DNA of 58,933 nucleotides from positions 1 to 58,933 of IMG/VR virus record IMGVR_UViG_3300012284_000001. One strand, 5' to 3'. The notes beneath the pieces are model-generated. The model was not told the DNA's origin. It ran no database searches and was given only the letters and a program-made list of their open reading frames with translations. Positions 35,576-46,216 of this stretch are shown here, in pieces. A program made the position numbers and the translations under genes. Origin of the DNA: a virus. Lineage: Duplodnaviria; Caudoviricetes. Position 1 is the first letter of the stretch, and every line of letters starts with the position of its first letter.

Positions 35576-36508
35576 CTACCCCGCTGGGGCTGGTTCACCG
35601 GGCATCGCGCCCTGCGTTGTCATTGGACCGCCCGGTCCGATAGGACCGCCCGGATTGTAAATGGGCTGCTGACCGGCGCCTACAGGTGTGCCGAACTGGC
35701 CGAAGCCCGGTTGTCTGGTTAACTGGGCCAGCGGGTTATTGGGATCCATCCACTCCTTGCGGTAACGATCTTGGAATTCCTGTTCCATTCTTAGCCGCTC
35801 TTCCTCGGCCGCGCCTTGACCGTAACCCGTAATGATCTGACCACCTGCCTCGACCAGCTTCGCGCCCGTTGGCGACATGATGAAGTCTTTCGCAAATTCA
35901 CCGGCTTTACTGAGCCAGCCTTCTTTTGCCACTTCCGGCACCGCCCTTGTCAATACCCCGGGTGCCTGTTGTGCTGTCTGTTGCGCTGCCGTCTGGGCCA
36001 TGGTGGGGATCATCGACTCCCCTGCCGCCGCTTTGGCGATAGAGGTATCAATACCAGCCGGGACACCTTTTGCGAGTTGTTGAACCGCTTGCTGTCCTTG
36101 TTGGGCTTGAGTGAGTTTACCGGCAGCACCAGCCATCTGCTGACCGGCAGCAGTGACAGCTTCAGTGCCACCCATCAATGCCTTGGCCTGTTTAATTGGA
36201 CTGGATAACCCGGACATAAAGCCTTTGGCCCCGGCTACGAACTTATCCATAAAAGAAGCAGCGGCAGTACCGCCACCTGGGAGCGCCTGACCGAGCGCGC
36301 CAGTCCAGCCAGAGATGGCCCCGGAGATCGCCATGGCCCCGGTAAATATTGCCGCTCCCGTCAGGATGATTTTCCCGAGTTTCGAATTAGCAAACTTACC
36401 GACAGCTTTGACGACACCTTTTATCGCTTTACCAACTTTACTGAATACTTTCTTGATCCCTTTAGTGACTTTCTTGAAAGCCTTTTTGATCGATTTAAAC
36501 AAACCCAT
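35576..36508 (-). CDS. DNA pilot/ejection protein
   Basis: Amphipathic MGLFKSIKKAFKKV N-terminus and Gly/Ala hydrophobic segment; GAGG RBS. Confidence 0.65.
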   Translation of the reverse strand: MGLFKSIKKAFKKVTKGIKKVFSKVGKAIKGVVKAVGKFANSKLGKIILTGAAIFTGAMAISGAISGWTGALGQALPGGGTAAASFMDKFVAGAKGFMSGLSSPIKQAKALMGGTEAVTAAGQQMAGAAGKLTQAQQGQQAVQQLAKGVPAGIDTSIAKAAAGESMIPTMAQTAAQQTAQQAPGVLTRAVPEVAKEGWLSKAGEFAKDFIMSPTGAKLVEAGGQIITGYGQGAAEEERLRMEQEFQDRYRKEWMDPNNPLAQLTRQPGFGQFGTPVGAGQQPIYNPGGPIGPGGPMTTQGAMPGEPAPAG

Positions 36509-36518
36509 GATAATGTCC

Positions 36519-36953
36519 TCAGTTATATAGCAGGTACGCGCCACCGTGACGCTGAAACCCGATTCGTTCCGCCAGCTTCAATATACGCGGATCCAGCTCA
36601 AGATCCGGCGCGAAGCCTGCTACCCTAATTGCTCGTCGAGATTTTACCCAGTCTCGAAACTGGCGCAGCATCGCTGCTCCTGCTCCCGGGATCTGCGACC
36701 ACCACAACATCACTTGTGAGCTGTGTCGCTGTGCCCAGGCATTTTCGGTCGTGAATGCTACCAGCACCCCATCGACGTATCCATCGTCCCGTTCTGCTAC
36801 CAGTGCGTAATGCCTTGCCGCGCTGATGGCGTCGGTACCCAGTGCCCGGATCTTGTCCCGATCCGGCTTGAGCCGTGGATACCGCTCTGCCTGTTCTATC
36901 GCAATCTCGATCATGCGATTCAGGTCTGACAATGTAGCAGGACGTATAACCAT
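36519..36953 (-). CDS. GNAT-family acetyltransferase-like protein in the tail/ejection module
   Basis: IRPATLSD, LVAE..G...G, GAGAAML and ERIGF motifs. Confidence 0.7.
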   Translation of the reverse strand: MVIRPATLSDLNRMIEIAIEQAERYPRLKPDRDKIRALGTDAISAARHYALVAERDDGYVDGVLVAFTTENAWAQRHSSQVMLWWSQIPGAGAAMLRQFRDWVKSRRAIRVAGFAPDLELDPRILKLAERIGFQRHGGAYLLYN

Positions 36954-38695
36954 TAATCACCAGCCTTGTTGTGTACCAAATAGCCATCTGCGTAATAAGT
37001 GTTATCGCCGCTTAGTTTGAAATTGTATAACGGTGTTTTTGGATGATCCGCAGTCATGCTGATTGTCTTGAGTATTTCAGTGCCTTCCCAAGTCTGCAAT
37101 TCATCACCAATTTCCAATTTCATCACTTCAAGATGCGGGTTTTCTTCACGCGTCATCGCCGGGTCAAAAGATTTCCAACCGGTGCTTGTCGCAAATGGGT
37201 GCTCTGCCGTAACAAAGAACTTGCCGCCGTTAATGCTGTATAACAAACGATCACCTAATCTCGGGTGATCAAAAGCCAATACTTCATTTTCAACACCACC
37301 GCGACCAATCAGTTTGTCACCAATACGCACATCTTCGATACGTTTATCTTGTCCATCCATTTGTACCAAAGTACCCGCAACGAAACAGGATCTTTCTTCT
37401 CGAATCCATCGCCACTGCTGAAGACTGCTATCCCATCTCCAATTACCTCGATTGAAGCCCCACAGCCTAATGTCTCTACCAGAGGGATCTTTTGTTGGTT
37501 TGACGTCTTTGTTAAACCGCCAGTTAGGATCTGTCGTAGTCGCTCCCCCTCCTGGCGCCGGTTCCGTTCGAATGGGCGGATACTTAATCGGTGTACCCGG
37601 GCCAGCACCCGGTACATAGGTTGACAAGTCCGTGTTATCCATATTCTGGATAAAACTTAACGCGCCTTTCAGTTGCGCTGACTGGGTCTCTACATACTGT
37701 GCCACTCGGCTGGGCGAGATATCCTTGTTAGCCATGATATTCGCCATCCCGCTCAGGTAGGAGTCGAAGACCCGGGCCGCGGATTCATTCTTCGAGATCA
37801 GCGTCTGGTACTGTCCCTGAATCTGTGCCAGATCGATAGCCTGGGATCCGGCCAGGAACTGCTTGTTCAGCTCCTGAATCTGGGCGGACATCTGCGCGAC
37901 CATGTTGTTACGCTCAGTCGCGTATTGCGAGCTGGCCCGGAATTGCTGGTCTGCATTCGTCAGTGCCGCGCGTGTCTGCAGATCCGCGAACTGTTGCTGA
38001 GCCGCATTGTAGGCTTGAGCGTTACCCTGGCTCACCGCGGTCTGCATCTGGGCGTTTAGCATGGCAGCTTCCTGAAGCTGCTCATCATTGAACTTCGAGA
38101 CGTCCGTACCGAGCTGCGCATTCAATGAGCTGACCGCGGTCTCGCGATCTGCCGCCTCGCTGGCCAGTCTAACCGCGGTCGCTGCATCCTGTTGTGCCAG
38201 TGGCATTGCGCGGTCGACCATGGCGCCCATTGCCTGCTGTGCGGCAATCGTCGAGCCTAACAGGCCACGTCGAGCGGCTGTCTGCAGTCCCTGTTGTCTG
38301 GCTCTCGCCATAAGAGGGCTGTCCTGTGCCGTGATATCGGCCATTTGCTGCGCGGCTGACATTTCAGTCGGCCCACCGACAACCTGACCGGCAACAGCCT
38401 GCTGAGCCGTTGCCCCGGGTGCTGCGACCGCGGTCGCTGCAGTTGCATCCTGCACACCGGCCATCGTTGCCTGCACTTCATCGGGTGCCACGGCCGCGGT
38501 GGTCGGCGGTGCAGCGGTTGGATACAGGCTGCTTAACGCGGGACTGGTTGGCTCACCGCGTATGATGGGCTCATCACCAATTGCCGGGGTGATCTGTGGC
38601 GCAGGTGCACTCGAAACTGTTCCCGGCGCTCCCGGTGTTTCCGGGGTAGTCGAGGGGTATGCTCCGTATTGTTGTGCGTCTGTTAAAGCTGGCAT
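36953..38695 (-). CDS. Ejection-module protein with a C-terminal Hint (intein-like) domain
   Basis: CFVAGTLV (block A, Cys at 37385-37387), VTAEHPF (block B), YNF...NTYYADGYLVHN (blocks F/G, Asn at 36968-36970). Confidence 0.8.
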   Translation of the reverse strand: MPALTDAQQYGAYPSTTPETPGAPGTVSSAPAPQITPAIGDEPIIRGEPTSPALSSLYPTAAPPTTAAVAPDEVQATMAGVQDATAATAVAAPGATAQQAVAGQVVGGPTEMSAAQQMADITAQDSPLMARARQQGLQTAARRGLLGSTIAAQQAMGAMVDRAMPLAQQDAATAVRLASEAADRETAVSSLNAQLGTDVSKFNDEQLQEAAMLNAQMQTAVSQGNAQAYNAAQQQFADLQTRAALTNADQQFRASSQYATERNNMVAQMSAQIQELNKQFLAGSQAIDLAQIQGQYQTLISKNESAARVFDSYLSGMANIMANKDISPSRVAQYVETQSAQLKGALSFIQNMDNTDLSTYVPGAGPGTPIKYPPIRTEPAPGGGATTTDPNWRFNKDVKPTKDPSGRDIRLWGFNRGNWRWDSSLQQWRWIREERSCFVAGTLVQMDGQDKRIEDVRIGDKLIGRGGVENEVLAFDHPRLGDRLLYSINGGKFFVTAEHPFATSTGWKSFDPAMTREENPHLEVMKLEIGDELQTWEGTEILKTISMTADHPKTPLYNFKLSGDNTYYADGYLVHNKAGD

Positions 38696-38710
38696 GTCTG
38701 TTTACCTCTA

Positions 38711-41700
38711 TTAGAATCCATACTGGATCGCGTAGTTACCGGCATCAAAATTGACTGCACCGACTGACTGGATCCGGACGCCATCGATGTCTGATCCCAG
38801 ATCAACCTCACCATAAACATCGAAAGTGTCATTGTTGTTTTCATCAAAAAACCGGCCAGTGACTGACCATCGATCCGTGGTTTCATCAAGGCGCTGACCC
38901 TGGAAAAAGCCACGAAGCTGACTGGATGCGTTACCCGAGTTTACCCGGAAATTAACCGTCGATGCGTTAAAGCCTCGCGTACCGGCGCTGTCGACATCGA
39001 TACAGTGAGAGTCGTAACCGGTCGTAACAAGCCCGGTATCATACAGCCGCAAGGTGAGATCCGCGGAAGCATTACCCAGGTCCACATCCCAGAAGTAAAC
39101 TCGGAACCACTGCACATTATCCACCCATCCATTCTCGTCAAAGGTGCTGGCAGCGGCCATACTGGCCTCGCCATCGTTGACAATACTGCTATTGTTCTGG
39201 CCACCCGTAGCCAGTACCGTGTTCGATCCGTTGAGGTGAATGAATAGCTGGGAGCCAGTTTTCCAGATATCACCTTCTTCTAGTGGCGAAGGTGCAACGC
39301 CAGTCGGTATATTCAGACTTGCGTTACCGGCTTGTGGCCCACCCGAAGCATCCAGCCTGAGTTCACCAGTGAGAGTAATGGCAGTGGTGGAGTTATTAAA
39401 ACTCTGGGTGACTGACCCATTCTGTATATTGAGTATGGGTACCCCACCTTCTCCGAAGTTCTGAATTAACAGCTGGTTCGCGGCATAAGTCATCTGGGAA
39501 ACAAGAATGCCTTGATGACTGAAAGTGAACGCATGATTAGCGCCATTAATACCCGAAAGATCTAACGTGGTCAGGCTTGATCCAGTTACTGGCGTGTCGT
39601 CACCAACTCTTAATACGGGTTGGACTCCGTTTGTGAAATAGTCAAAGTTGAGTTTGTTATCCGCTATAAACCCGGGAGGCCCACCGCCATCATTGAGTTG
39701 CACATCACCCTGGTTGCCTTGCGGCGAGGCAGTAGCATTGATACTGAGATTGATCTCGGTACCTGCATCATTACGCCAGAACAGTTGATTCGGTGTTGTG
39801 TTACGAACAAATAGTTGCCCGTACCCGGCTCTGTCAGGTGTAACAGCGACCGCCTTTTCCTCGAAGAACAAGCTGCCATGGATGTCTACATACCGGCCAT
39901 TGAGTCCAGTACTGAAATCACCGCCGATCAGCGGTGTATCAGCGAAAGCTGTATTGGTTTCGATGTATAGCTTTTCGCTAATGTCTTTCGGGAAAGGAGA
40001 AGACGGCCCAGCGCCATAACCAATGAGGATGCTGTTTGCAACGTCGCGCGCAAACTCACCTGCCTCACGGCCAATAACTACGCTTTGTTCCCATATCCGC
40101 GCATCCACCCCTGCTCTGTTACCAATGACCACATTCTCAAATGAGGCTGTAGCGTCCTGCATAGTCTGATATCCGATAACTACGTTATCATCGCCGCCTG
40201 TCGCTAAATTCTGAGCGGCAAACTGACCGAAGACGTGGTTTCGGAAAACGGAATCCGAGGTAAGGCCAATCGCGTTTTGACCGATAGATATACCAAAGCT
40301 ATTGGTACCTAGTTTTACGCCGTCATTACCGATAACAATCGAAGATCCGGCACTAATGGCTGAGGCATGCGCCTCTGTACCGATAGCTAAATTGTTGGAT
40401 TCGGTGTCAATCGAGGAAAGGGCATTTTTGCCGATTGCGATATTCTCATCGCCCGAAGTAATCCCGTTACCGGCGTTGTTACCGACTAAAATATTATCGA
40501 GCGCCGTACCGAGTAGAGCTGCGCCTGCACCCGTACCACCGTACAAGTTGAATTGACCGTCTTCGGTAAAGACACCGCCGCCAGCAGGTGCTGCCCATTG
40601 CGGAGGTGATCCCGCACCTTGAGAAGTCAGGACATCACCTGAGTTACCCGCAGCTCCACCGACTTCCCAATCTCCGTTGGGCTGAATCGCGAGTCGAGCA
40701 GTCCCGGCGGTCAATAGCCTGACTTCGCCAGCGTTACCCGTAAAATCACCGGCTTGTAAATCAAGTCGACCATCATCACCGGAACCGGTACCGTCACCAG
40801 CTCGAATGAGTAGAACTCCGCCATCCTGATTTGTACCGGCACCATCACCGGCCCGGATCGTGAAATCTGCGCCTGCCGAAGCGACACCATCGGGCGCGCG
40901 TACCGTGCCCGGAGTCGCGACCGAGCCGACCTCCATGATGTTAGTGGTTTGGTCCCAGGTCAGGTCTGCTTCACCGCCAAAGGCACCGGCATTGTTGAAC
41001 TGGATATTGGTATCGGCACCACCGGGACTGAGCGCGCCAAGATTACTGGTCATGGAGTATTCAACGCCAGCACTATCGCGCCACTTCACGTCACCGTCGC
41101 CGCTGTCGTGGAAGATCTGCCCGTAGGTAACCGCATCAGGATGGTCTGCCGCTACCCTAGATTTTATCCTGAAACTACCATTCTGCATTTCAAGTCCATT
41201 GCGGTTAGCAATCAACCTGACCTGTCGGCTAGTTCCACTGCGAGTAGCGAGCGTGATAACGCCTGTAACGTCATCGTTGACAGGACTGACGATGTTCTCA
41301 ATCCGAAACTCGTCAGTGAATGTACCTGATGCAGAGTACCGAATCTCACCCCTGACTGCGCCTTCCTCTCGGATATCGATCAGCGCGAAATCGTCTGCGT
41401 CCATGTTAAGCTGCAAGACAGGGTTACGATAAGATCCGCTGGTGGCATCCAGTATCAGGGTTGGTGACTGTCCACTGGATGGCGTAAAGTCAACAGACAT
41501 GAATGGATCACCACCAAACGCTCCAGCATTGTTGTATTGAAGCTGGCCATCAGCACCACCGGGCGTACCACCACCACCCAGATCAGAGGTTGTCAGTACC
41601 CGCTCGAAGCCACCACCTGTACTAGTGTTGTTAACTTCTACGCCACCCGTTGCAGCACTGACAGTTCGCAACACATCAGCACCAGCTTTTTGGAGCTGAA

Positions 41701-43456
41701 CTTTCCCGAGACCACTACCGCCGTTGAGTACGAGGTCTTCGCCGGGATTTTGGTTGGTTATTTTCAGCTCGCCGTCACCGGCCGAGTAGCCAATGACGCC
41801 CATGTTGGCGTCGGCTGAGTCTCTAAAAGTGATCGTGGGTGTCGCTACCGCTAAAAGACTGTCGGTGTCTTTTATGAACAAACTGGCGGCACCGCTTTGT
41901 ACGAACATGAAACCGCCGACTTCAAGCTGCGATCCATCCCAAGTCAGATTAGCATCGCCCTCGATGGTAGTGGCATTAGTCCAGACAGCGAGCTGATTAT
42001 TGAGCGGGGTGCCAGTGTTCGAGACATTGCCGCCACCGCCACCAGCAGTCAAGTCAAAATTAACTCCGGCTTCGGTTCTGTAGTTCAGGGTATCGTCGGC
42101 CTGATTTACCCAAAGCTGGCCATAGGTCGCTATATCGCTCCCGGCTGCAGCAGACTGTTCGAGATAGAGCTGGCCGTTTTCTACTCGCGTTTCACTGGCA
42201 AGCGTTAAGGTGGTGCTGCTGAAGGTGATACTCGATACTGACTCGAACTCAATGTTATCGACATCACTGCTACCGATATTGAGACTGTCAACGAACACAC
42301 CTGTGCCGCGACCCGCGGTCAGTATCGAGATCGCGCCTCCCCAGGAATCATTGAGTGCACGAATAGACAGCTCGTCATCGAAGAGATTGATATCCCAGTT
42401 TTTCTCATCGACACCCTGACCGGTTGCCGAGAAGCGAATTGTTGGTAACTGCGAAGTCGCGCTGATCAGTTCCACGCGGCCATCGATAGTGACGTTAGTG
42501 CCATCCCAGACAAAATCTGCACTGCCACCAAACACACCGGCATTGTTGAACTGGACGTTAGTATCAGCACCACCAACCATGGCACCAGCCGGAGAGGTAT
42601 AGTTACCTTGCTCATCGAGGAAGTTAGTTGCTACACCCGCGGTTGTCAGGGTTACACCGTTGACCGACACGCCGGTAATGGCTGCATCGAGGTTGACAAT
42701 TGGGTCTGTCGCGGTGCCCGTGACATTGACATTGGTGCCACCCGATACAGAGGAAACCGCAATACCGGCGACCGCGGTGGCGAAGTCAGAGATCTGGCTG
42801 GCCGTGATCGAGATCGAGGCTTGCGTGTAATGGATCGTGCCATCACCGATGTGCGAATCTAGCGTAGCACCGTCAGCCGAAACATCCCGGCCGTCGACAT
42901 TACCCACTACAGTCAGATCACCCGGGAGCGCGGTTACCAGTGTGCCCTTGTTGAAGGTGAATCCTGCCGTACCGCCAAACACACCGCCATCGTTGTACTG
43001 GATCTGGGTATCGGCGCCTCCGATCTGGAGATCGCTACCGGCGAGTGATCGAACAAACTGGGTATTAGCGTTGTCGTAAACGAACTCGTAATACTGGCCG
43101 GTCATGATGTCGTCTGCTACGAGCGGCGTGCCATCGTTATCAACTGCATTTACAACGCCCAGTCCGTCCACATTAAACGTAGCAGGGCCGTCATTGGTAT
43201 GCGTCGCAAAGAACGCAACACGTTGTCCGTCAATCAAAGCTGACTGAGGATCCGGGGTTGTAATCAGGTAGTCATTGACTGTTGCACCCTGCGTTTCCGT
43301 TCCAAACCATCCAGTACCGGTTGAACCAGCCGTGGGATCAGTGGGCAATAAGTCAAAACCTGACTCGACACCAGCGTACTCGGTATTGATTTGCTCCGAC
43401 CGAACTTTTGTACCGGGGGTAAACGGGGTACCAAAATTGTAATAATTGTTAGGCAT
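38711..43456 (-). CDS. Long tail fibre/spike protein (1581 aa)
   Basis: N-terminal attachment region (NTEY..VESGFD; TNDGPATFNVDGLG); repeated GGADT.(I/V)QFNN.G.FGG linkers; N.AIG repeats. Confidence 0.75.
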   Translation of the reverse strand: MPNNYYNFGTPFTPGTKVRSEQINTEYAGVESGFDLLPTDPTAGSTGTGWFGTETQGATVNDYLITTPDPQSALIDGQRVAFFATHTNDGPATFNVDGLGVVNAVDNDGTPLVADDIMTGQYYEFVYDNANTQFVRSLAGSDLQIGGADTQIQYNDGGVFGGTAGFTFNKGTLVTALPGDLTVVGNVDGRDVSADGATLDSHIGDGTIHYTQASISITASQISDFATAVAGIAVSSVSGGTNVNVTGTATDPIVNLDAAITGVSVNGVTLTTAGVATNFLDEQGNYTSPAGAMVGGADTNVQFNNAGVFGGSADFVWDGTNVTIDGRVELISATSQLPTIRFSATGQGVDEKNWDINLFDDELSIRALNDSWGGAISILTAGRGTGVFVDSLNIGSSDVDNIEFESVSSITFSSTTLTLASETRVENGQLYLEQSAAAGSDIATYGQLWVNQADDTLNYRTEAGVNFDLTAGGGGGNVSNTGTPLNNQLAVWTNATTIEGDANLTWDGSQLEVGGFMFVQSGAASLFIKDTDSLLAVATPTITFRDSADANMGVIGYSAGDGELKITNQNPGEDLVLNGGSGLGKVQLQKAGADVLRTVSAATGGVEVNNTSTGGGFERVLTTSDLGGGGTPGGADGQLQYNNAGAFGGDPFMSVDFTPSSGQSPTLILDATSGSYRNPVLQLNMDADDFALIDIREEGAVRGEIRYSASGTFTDEFRIENIVSPVNDDVTGVITLATRSGTSRQVRLIANRNGLEMQNGSFRIKSRVAADHPDAVTYGQIFHDSGDGDVKWRDSAGVEYSMTSNLGALSPGGADTNIQFNNAGAFGGEADLTWDQTTNIMEVGSVATPGTVRAPDGVASAGADFTIRAGDGAGTNQDGGVLLIRAGDGTGSGDDGRLDLQAGDFTGNAGEVRLLTAGTARLAIQPNGDWEVGGAAGNSGDVLTSQGAGSPPQWAAPAGGGVFTEDGQFNLYGGTGAGAALLGTALDNILVGNNAGNGITSGDENIAIGKNALSSIDTESNNLAIGTEAHASAISAGSSIVIGNDGVKLGTNSFGISIGQNAIGLTSDSVFRNHVFGQFAAQNLATGGDDNVVIGYQTMQDATASFENVVIGNRAGVDARIWEQSVVIGREAGEFARDVANSILIGYGAGPSSPFPKDISEKLYIETNTAFADTPLIGGDFSTGLNGRYVDIHGSLFFEEKAVAVTPDRAGYGQLFVRNTTPNQLFWRNDAGTEINLSINATASPQGNQGDVQLNDGGGPPGFIADNKLNFDYFTNGVQPVLRVGDDTPVTGSSLTTLDLSGINGANHAFTFSHQGILVSQMTYAANQLLIQNFGEGGVPILNIQNGSVTQSFNNSTTAITLTGELRLDASGGPQAGNASLNIPTGVAPSPLEEGDIWKTGSQLFIHLNGSNTVLATGGQNNSSIVNDGEASMAAASTFDENGWVDNVQWFRVYFWDVDLGNASADLTLRLYDTGLVTTGYDSHCIDVDSAGTRGFNASTVNFRVNSGNASSQLRGFFQGQRLDETTDRWSVTGRFFDENNNDTFDVYGEVDLGSDIDGVRIQSVGAVNFDAGNYAIQYGF

Positions 43457-46213
43457 TTATCTCTGAAGCCTCCGAGGTTCGTAATGGACTGTCAGCCCTT
43501 GGAAAATGAAGGGTCGTGACGTTGCAGACTCGTTGAAGAGTACAAAACTCACCGCTTCCCCTGTTCCTCTGATGTTGGCTCTCGCATTCGATGACGCTTG
43601 GCCATCCCAGAAAAACTCATCAAAGTCCGCTACATCCCAGAATCCGCCCCCTGCCGCCACACCGACATCCGGTGCAGCTGTGACACTTTCAGAATCGCTC
43701 ACACCAAAGGACAGATCCGCAATAAATCGAATAGTGGTTGGTCTTTCTGCATCCATTTCAAGATCCACGCGACGCATCCGCTTCCGGACCGAGGGTGACT
43801 GGAAGAAATTGAAAGCCGACCGTAAGAAGGACCGAATAGGATCACCGTCAAAATTGACTCCAACACGGTCCTCGTAAACAAAACCCAGTCCTGCCGGGTC
43901 TTCAGTTGCAAAGTAACTTTTTTCCATGCCGCTGCCGTCTTCTGTATTCCAGATACAACTCACAGCAAACGGATATTGCAGGATCCCGAACTGCACTTTA
44001 GTCCGTGTCTCTATACCTTGCTGCGCGCGTTGGCGGTTCATGCCGCCGACTTCCGGCACGTACATGATAAAGCCGGATCCGTCCTCATAGTAAAACCGAT
44101 ACTGATTCGAGGCCCGAACAATCGTCGAAGAAACAAAGGCTTCCTGTATCGCTCCCGTTACCAGTGGCTGCACGAGCTGGGAAACCGTGGACGCGATAAA
44201 ATCACCAAAAGCGTCGGTCCTGGCCAGACTGGTAACACCCAGGTCATCGAAGGAATAAACCGTATCGATCTTCTGGGCGCCGTATAATCGGGTGCCTGAC
44301 TTCTCGGCTACCAGCTTGAATTCAAAGTCAGTTTCATCGAAGCCAAACAGGCCGCGTGTCTCTCGTTCAGTAAATACCACCAGAACCGCACCGACGACAC
44401 TGACCAGCCCGGTGATCTCATCACCGGCACCGAATTCATTGGATCCCAGAAAGCCGGTGATCAGTAATGGCTCACCGATAACCGAGTTAATAAAGCGGCC
44501 ACCCGGGAAGGCAAACCACAGGTAGTTTCGATGCTCCTCGATGAGAAAAGGCGCTCCACCCGGATTACCTTCATCCGGCGCAGCAGCAGCAGGCGCTGGC
44601 GGGAAGAAGATGGGTGACACGATACCATTTTCGTCTAATTCAAAGGCAAAGGTGTCGACAGCATTCACACCATAGGCCCGAAGAGTGCCTGCCCCTGCGA
44701 AAAAGTTGTGGTTATGCCACTCGTATCGGCCTCCGGGTGAAAACGCTAAAGTGGTCTCGACACCATCCGCGTCTGCGATTTGTGTCAGAGCTGGAGATTC
44801 TAGTGCTTCGCCATCGATAAAAGGTCCGCCAACCACGTTGGTCAGAACAAAGTAACCGGCACCCGAGCCATCCCAGGCCGTGGATCCGGCGTTTAATACA
44901 ATGCGATGGATCGTTCCAGATGCGCCAGATGCGCCCCCGGTTAAGGTGTCACCTTCTACCACCGTCGCACCGGCCGCGAGACCTGCATCAAAGAAAATGT
45001 ATTCCGCCATGGTTACACCGGCCGTGGTCCATCCGGCCGCGGTGGCTACATGCATAATCCCGGCCGTCGCACCGACGTTATCGCGTACGGCGTAAACATT
45101 ATCCTCCAGTTGCCACGCGGAACGAACTGGCCCGGATCCGGGCACCACCGCAATATCACTACGGTACTCATCTTGTGCGGCCAGGGTCCACTCGGCTTCA
45201 ATCTGAGCGGTCGGTGCGTCACCCAGAATAGGCGTCGTAAGGATCTCGACATCACCATCGTAATCGACAACCACGTCAATCTCATCGACTTCGAGTGTTA
45301 GACCGTCAAAGAGATCGCCATTCATGGCAAAGGCGGTCTGCTGCCACGTCACCAGTGCTGCATTGATCTGGGCCGGTGTGGCCGTGGCGCCCGAGGTACT
45401 GACAGTGCGGTCGATATAACCCATACCTGCATCGACATCGGTAAAAGTCAGCGACTCACTGTCGCCGCCCGGTGCGAAGGTAAACGTGTAGGTAACGGTG
45501 TCGTCTTCCTCGGTACTGGGCACGTAAACACTGTTATCGCGGAATACCGCATTACCTTTCCGAATCACCCGCGCGCGCACGCGCAAGGTCCAGTCATTGA
45601 TCGTGGTGACGTGAGCCGGTAGATCGTTCATCGGCACACTGACCGTGTCGACACCGACGCCACCCGGCCATTCGTTACGGACGCATTCAAGGCCAACGAC
45701 ACCATCAGGATCATCGACACCGGAGTTTATGTTCTTGAGATCGTTAATGATTAACGCGCTGCCAGGGTCTGTGGCAGTCGCAGTGCCCGAAATATCCGGC
45801 ACGATATCCTCGTCACCGTTGGTGACGGTAGTCAGCACATCCCCGATAGCAAAAGTACCGGTGACTTTAGTCAGCCCCAGCATGTCGTTACCCCGGATCC
45901 GGCCAGCAGGATCGTCGGTATCTTCGTATGTTGCGATTACCGTTCCCGTAGCACCGGAAGGCACACCGGTCAGAATGGTTCCCAGTGCAATACCTTCGAC
46001 CGCGCTAACTTCGAAGCCGAGAAAATCCTGCTCGTGGGGTTTGGGCCTGCCGTCGAAGCGTTCAAAACCATCGATCCGGCGATAGCCGCCGTTAAACCAT
46101 GGCTCAATGTTCGAACACGCAATCGCGCGCCCCGGGTTCATTGATTGAACCGGTGTTACTACATCAAGTCCGCCGCCTAACGGGTAATAGAAAGCTCTAA
46201 CATTCTGTGCCAT
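43457..46213 (-). CDS. Tail nozzle / DNA stabilisation protein (P22 gp10 / T7 gp12-like position)
   Basis: GGLD...GYRRIDGFERFDG N-terminus; beta-rich; GGFWD...D.F.WD near the C-terminus; follows the adaptor. Confidence 0.7.
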   Translation of the reverse strand: MAQNVRAFYYPLGGGLDVVTPVQSMNPGRAIACSNIEPWFNGGYRRIDGFERFDGRPKPHEQDFLGFEVSAVEGIALGTILTGVPSGATGTVIATYEDTDDPAGRIRGNDMLGLTKVTGTFAIGDVLTTVTNGDEDIVPDISGTATATDPGSALIINDLKNINSGVDDPDGVVGLECVRNEWPGGVGVDTVSVPMNDLPAHVTTINDWTLRVRARVIRKGNAVFRDNSVYVPSTEEDDTVTYTFTFAPGGDSESLTFTDVDAGMGYIDRTVSTSGATATPAQINAALVTWQQTAFAMNGDLFDGLTLEVDEIDVVVDYDGDVEILTTPILGDAPTAQIEAEWTLAAQDEYRSDIAVVPGSGPVRSAWQLEDNVYAVRDNVGATAGIMHVATAAGWTTAGVTMAEYIFFDAGLAAGATVVEGDTLTGGASGASGTIHRIVLNAGSTAWDGSGAGYFVLTNVVGGPFIDGEALESPALTQIADADGVETTLAFSPGGRYEWHNHNFFAGAGTLRAYGVNAVDTFAFELDENGIVSPIFFPPAPAAAAPDEGNPGGAPFLIEEHRNYLWFAFPGGRFINSVIGEPLLITGFLGSNEFGAGDEITGLVSVVGAVLVVFTERETRGLFGFDETDFEFKLVAEKSGTRLYGAQKIDTVYSFDDLGVTSLARTDAFGDFIASTVSQLVQPLVTGAIQEAFVSSTIVRASNQYRFYYEDGSGFIMYVPEVGGMNRQRAQQGIETRTKVQFGILQYPFAVSCIWNTEDGSGMEKSYFATEDPAGLGFVYEDRVGVNFDGDPIRSFLRSAFNFFQSPSVRKRMRRVDLEMDAERPTTIRFIADLSFGVSDSESVTAAPDVGVAAGGGFWDVADFDEFFWDGQASSNARANIRGTGEAVSFVLFNESATSRPFIFQGLTVHYEPRRLQR

Positions 46214-46216
46214 TCA

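Noticed and set aside
36968-37387. Hint domain as a canonical mobile intein
   Set aside because: No homing endonuclease, the +1 residue is Lys and the C-extein is only 4 aa
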